In this document: positions 59,913 to 64,000 of the stretch, piece after piece
Position numbering within the stretch: position 1 is the first letter of the stretch
Layout: every line of letters starts with the position of its first letter
From: Vicugna vicugna
Lineage: Eukaryota
Direction: 5' to 3'
Length of the DNA stretch: 64,000 nt
Assembly (NCBI GenBank): GCA_013265495.1
Contig: MU057989.1
Location: 1,007,513 to 1,071,512, forward strand
The notes under the pieces: generated by a model
Seen by the model: only the letters and a program-made list of their open reading frames with translations
What the model was told of the DNA's origin: nothing
Database searches by the model: none
Program-made: the position numbers and the translations under genes

Positions 59913-62900
59913 AGCTTAAAAATCATCCACTCTGACAACCTCATTCGTATTCCTTGTTCAGGAAAGTTCCACACACCATAAGCAATGTTGTTGACAAAAG
60001 CAGAAACCTTAGTGCAAACTGGAACACCTCCAGGGGAGTCTATGGAATTGGAAATTTAATAGCTACTAAATAAAGTAACATCATGACTAGAGCTATGAAA
60101 GCAAATATTTCCATTTGCACTTCAATGGCAGAGGGACAAAGTTGATATCTTAGAATCACCAGCTCTGAAGGCGTTCATAAATCACAATTTCTTTCAGGAG
60201 CCAGAAAGAACACAGAGTTAATTAAGTTTTTCCAGCTGAGAAAGTCACTATGAAATGTGTGTTAGAGCCCAGAAAAGCCCTTTGAAATGTTTTGTTTGCA
60301 TGGTAGTTCTAAAAGTTTTTAACCTCCTGCAATGACTGACACACTGAGTCAGTCGCTTTAGTCGGTAGAAAACATATGACTCCAACAAGCTGTGAATAAC
60401 AGTTTCTCTAAGGGAAGCTACAGTTTCACAAGTTGGGCCTTTGTGGAGGTGAAATTCTCTCTCAGGTTGGATGACATATGTGCCCAGTGTCAACACCCTT
60501 TCAGAACAAAGTAGAGTGTTTTTCCTTTTCACTTTGTTTCTCCAGCCATGCAAATCACAGAAAATGTGAGCTGCTTTGCTATTTGCAATAAAGGATAAGA
60601 AAACCATTCCAATCTTTTATAATTCCTTTATAATTAAATCCAAGAGTTTCCTTTTATCACTGGTGACCTCTAACTTCTAATAAAGAAGTTTAAGGTAGAC
60701 ACTTTCCAGGTGTGTTAATTTGGGGGATACTAAACTATACAGTAAACACAGAGGACCCTGGCACACTAAATACACAGTCAGCAGACCTAGGAACCCACCA
60801 TCAGGAGCAAGTGAGTCTTTTATTAATGGAGTAATCTGTAAGAACATTATGAATCCAATATTTGCTCTGTTCTACTAGAAAAAACTTGCCAACACACGTG
60901 AAATTCATTTTTTTGGCAACTAATCTTCCAATCTCTCTCCAAAATAATGTTTAACAGGAATCGAACCACATTTTTTAATTTAATCGCTTCACATTTTCTT
61001 CCAGCCATTTCAAAAGTACTTCTCAAACTTTCAAAACAGATGGGGTTCCTCTAATGATACCTTACTTTATATACTAAATGTGATCCCCAAAACCATGTGT
61101 AAATTATATTTCTGTAACTCAATCTTATTTACTTATATTTAAAGGAAGAAAAAAATCCTTTAGAACGTTAAGTATCTCACACATGTCCCACAACTTAGTT
61201 TCTGTAAATCTGAGTTTCCATATGCTAAATTTATCTAAATGAGGATTCACAGTTTAAACAAATGGATGGAGAAACCACTTCTTCATATTAAGAACACGTA
61301 CTATGTTCCAATCACAGAAGTTCAGCTATTCTTAGAGAATGGGGGGAGGGGGGAAGAATTTAAAGCACATCTGGTTCAAACTCTACCTTTTACAAACATG
61401 AGGAAACTGAAAACCAGAGAGATTAAATTATTTTCCCAAAAGTGCTGAACTAGTTTGTGGAGAAAATATCTTAAGTTGAAAAGCTAATCTACTGAACAAA
61501 TTTATTTTTTGTTTAGAATAATAAGATAATTCTATAAAAGTACTCTTCTTTCAGAAACATCCCTCTTCCCTGCTTTTAGACAGCTCATTCATAAAACAAA
61601 AATTAATAGTAATGACCATAAGAAGCATTTTTCTCATGGGGAAAAGAACCCATTTATGAAGTTGCAGAATGCAATGTAATCCACACTTTGGATGTGAACA
61701 CTTAATAAGGCAAAACTAACTAAATTAATATGCAATAGTCTCTTTCACTTAAAATATCAAAGCCTTAATGGGATATTGTCTGTTGATATCCATTAACAAG
61801 AAAATCAATCACCTTCATGTGGGTTTTCTTCCTCTCTACAAACTACATGGTAAAAAACCAAAGTTAGTATTTCCCACACAATTCAAACACAAATACAAAT
61901 GATCCAAAAGCTGCTTTCAGTAGTACATTTTTCTTTGGAAGAAAAAAAATGAACAGAATGTAATAGCATTACATAAAAATCCTGGAAATTATGCACAAAG
62001 ATTTTGCTGGAGCTTTGCCCAAAAAAGGGTATGCTGGCTCTCTGTGTGCATAAATGATCATCAAATAAGAACTGTAGGGAGCTACAGCGTTATTAAAGGT
62101 AAATATACTTCTTGAAATCTCCATTTTAAAAAGCTGAAAAATGACTGCCTGAACTAAGCCGTTCAATCCCACATTTCCTGGGTCCTAAATAAACATCTGG
62201 GTTTCAATCATCTGAGTCTCTGCCTTATAGTTCTTCCCGGCACCCAGGGGCCCAGTTCACGTTCCCAGGCACCTCCCCACCCCCTTCCTTAGGTCCTTTA
62301 AAGACGCCACCCGTAGCCTCTAATAAACCACTCAACACTCAACTGTTCCTCGAAAACCGGTTGTCGCCTTCTCAGCCTTCTGGTTTGTTCCATGTCTGGG
62401 GCACAGTTTCACACACATGCGGAATGTGTGGAGTTATAATCTTCCTTTCTTTGTGCAGGTAACACATATTATTGAGCATCTGCTATACGCCAGGCTGTGT
62501 TTCCGGTGCTTGGAATACAGCAGTAAATAAAACATGCGAAAATTCCTGCTCTCAAGACACATTCAACTGGGATGGAGACAGATCATAAACAAAGTAAGTG
62601 AGTCAAATGCACGTTGCGCAGGATGGAAAGGAGAATGGCAGGGCAGTCATTCCAGGAATCACTATTCAGAACAAGATTCCTGTGAAGGGAATTCCTGGAG
62701 TTGGGCTTTCTGGAACTTCCACAGCTGTCCTGGGGGGTAGGATTTGCTGGGCTGGGGCTACTCTCCAATTTGTCAACAGGTAACTTACACTTGGGTCTAG
62801 GATGTCTTTCATTTTATTGTTCTTTACCTTCATTTACCAATATTCACAGGTACAGGTCCCTCAACAAGCATTAGAGGGAAGATACCGGAGACAAATCCTG

Positions 62901-63599
62901 CGTGGCTCTGTAATTGTCAATCATAGAAATGTAAATTAAAGCTTCCGGAGAGGTTCAAGACCCACAAACCATTTCTCCCGTAGAGCTATTTCTTCATATA
63001 AACATGCATATATTACTAATTTTCTTTTCAAAAATAAGAGGGTAAACTTTAGCTCAGTCTCTCTGAATGAACACATCAGCCAAACAGAATTAATGAGATT
63101 TTAATATCTATAATTTCTCTACTCCTTCACAATGTTACTAAATGAGTAAAAAAGCTACCAAACACTGCCAGTTTGTATGAAAAGGACTCAGGGGCCAACT
63201 CGAAAGGGCTCCCATGGACCCAAGATGGGACCATTTGAGCATCAAAAAAAAAGAAGGGTATCTTTAATGGAGTGAAATACACCAAATAAGCTAAAATCCA
63301 ACAGTTCACACTGATTCTTGAAAAAAAGTCATTGGTCACCTTCAAAGGATGTTAGGAAATCAACTCAGCCTGAAAGCTGGTAAATAACGGGAAATAACAA
63401 GCAAATAAAACAAAAACTTCTAAACATACACAGGTTCCCAAGATTCTGAGATTTCACAATGGTTGAGATAACAATGTGCCTGAAAACACTTTGTGAACAG
63501 GAAAGAGCTAAACAAAGAAAAGTATAGTTATTTTTCTGTTGTTGCTGCTGCTAAGAAAATTGTCCCCACTTTCGTTAACATTAGCTAGTAAATCTAATC

Positions 63600-64000
63600 T
63601 CTACTGAGAGCGCCAAGGACTTTTCTAAGTACTTAATATTATTTTCTCCATTAATCCTCACAACAATTCTATGAAGCAGATGTTTCTAATCACTAGTGTT
63701 TTCTAGTACAGTCCCTTGGGATTGAATACAGGCCCCACCACTTAGTAGCTGCTTCTAGCTGTGTGACCATTGCAAGTACTTAACCTCTCTGTGCTTCAGT
63801 TCCCTCACCTATAAATGGAGATGATAAGTGTCCCTACCTCCCAGCCCTATTTGTAATAAGACCAATAAGTCTAGAGTGTATCTGATTAATGTCTCTTTTC
63901 CCTTCCAGGCTGTAGACTCCAAGAGGGCAGAGGGCTCTATCTCCAGAACCTAGTCCAAAGAGTAGAAACTTACTTGATATTTATTGAATAAATAAATGAG
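63600..64000. mobile_element. Cluster of MIR (-, about 63600-63700), MIR (+, about 63710-63860) and an L2 3' end (+, about 63880-64000)
   Basis: attaatcctcacaacaattctatgaag; agctgtgtgaccattgcaagtacttaacctctctgtgcttcagttccctcacctataaatggag; ggctgtagactccaagagggcag...atatttattgaataaataaatga. Confidence 0.75.

Larger units (their letters stand above)
1973..64000 (-). other. ADCY9: 3' part of the large ADCY9 intron upstream of exon 3 (intron 2)
   Basis: The large upstream coding exon (TM1-6 plus C1a, ending ...VVADQLK) is absent from the ORF track. This intron is about 100 kb in human (recalled). L1 fragments are mostly antisense to the gene. Confidence 0.88.

Overview
Mammalian genomic DNA, most likely camelid: it carries tRNA-derived vic-1-type SINEs and a young cetartiodactyl-type L1 3' end, and I recognised no Alu, Bov-A/BovB or PRE1. 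The only coding sequence I can support is one 191-nt minus-strand exon (1782-1972). It translates to GLKTYLIAGQRAKESHCSCSEALLSGFEVIDGSRVSSGPRGQGTASPGSVSDLAQTVKTFDNLK, which I recognise as adenylate cyclase 9 (ADCY9) exon 3, at the C1a/C1b junction. Positions 1973-64000 therefore lie in the very large upstream intron (intron 2) and 1-1781 in the next intron. The intron is filled with L1, L2, MIR, MaLR LTR and DNA-transposon fossils, many with readable target-site duplications (TSDs); L1s are mostly antisense to the gene. The other ORFs in the track are spurious or L1 remnants. Best leads: (i) a repeat-free, CpG-enriched element at about 31.5 kb with an overlapping MEF2/TATA box, a CAGCTG E-box and a consensus splice donor in ADCY9 orientation (candidate internal promoter); (ii) an 18-bp palindrome containing a full CRE plus two half-sites at about 33.3 kb (candidate cAMP feedback element); (iii) a competing upstream 3' splice site that would introduce a premature stop; (iv) atypical retroposition events and a closely spaced inverted L1 pair. 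No novel gene system is demonstrated. Repeat subfamily names and boundaries were assigned by eye from recalled consensus sequences and are approximate unless a TSD is given.
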